Virus record (IMG/VR): IMGVR_UViG_3300021961_008157
Source: a virus
DNA length: 64,000 nucleotides
Reading direction: 5' to 3' (one strand)
This document shows, piece after piece, positions 63,971 to 64,000 of this stretch; the stretch's first letter is position 1; each line of letters starts with the position of its first letter. Under the pieces are notes generated by a model. It saw only the letters and a list, made by a program, of their open reading frames with translations. It did not search any database and was not told the DNA's origin. The position numbers were made by a program, and so were the translations under genes.

Positions 63971-64000
63971 TATTTTTTCTGTCCTTTAAGAATATTCCAT

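Noticed and set aside
1-64000. Bacterial chromosome origin (porin, kinase, PstS, TonB receptor)
   Set aside because: Transporter genes lack their usual operon partners (no pstCAB, tctB or response regulator) and sit among T4-type RNase H, thyX, phage-type hypotheticals, TATAAATA-type promoters and dense tRNA arrays.

Overview
This is an AT-rich, densely packed segment of a large (jumbo-type) tailed dsDNA phage genome read in the standard genetic code. It has no structural or integrase genes. The porin, TctA/TctC, TonB receptor and PbpG-like genes point to a Gram-negative proteobacterial host (inference). (1) 1-23 kb is a large tailoring or biosynthetic cluster. It holds five twitch/SPASM radical SAM enzymes, many glycosyltransferase-like paralogs, a carbamoyltransferase, an amidinotransferase, a DegT-type aminotransferase, NDP-sugar epimerases, and SGNH-like and sulfotransferase-like proteins. 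(2) 23-31 kb holds thyX, an FkbM methyltransferase, a TusE/DsrC protein, a MoxR AAA/VWA pair and small hypotheticals. (3) 31-58 kb is an accessory region built around 11 minus-strand tRNAs. Its protein genes include two B12-dependent radical SAM enzymes, TctA/TctC, a porin, a CHASE hybrid histidine kinase, pstS with Pho boxes, a BtuB-like receptor and a ketoacyl synthase. Its RNA elements are the most striking part of the window: a 196-nt group I intron in tRNA-Leu(UAA), a non-canonical 92-nt UAU-anticodon tRNA, tRNA-Ser(ACU), and a circularly permuted two-piece tmRNA with a 29-aa tag. One RNA-only operon (52270 to 51438) strings together an unidentified ~240-nt structured RNA, boxA, tRNA-Ile2, a type I hammerhead ribozyme, a further structured RNA and two more tRNAs. 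Three gene cassettes in this region are bounded by short direct repeats. (4) 58-64 kb holds core phage genes: a MazG-like pyrophosphatase, a T4-type RNase H, QueE and a methyltransferase. All calls come from manual motif reading and hand folding; no database searches were run.
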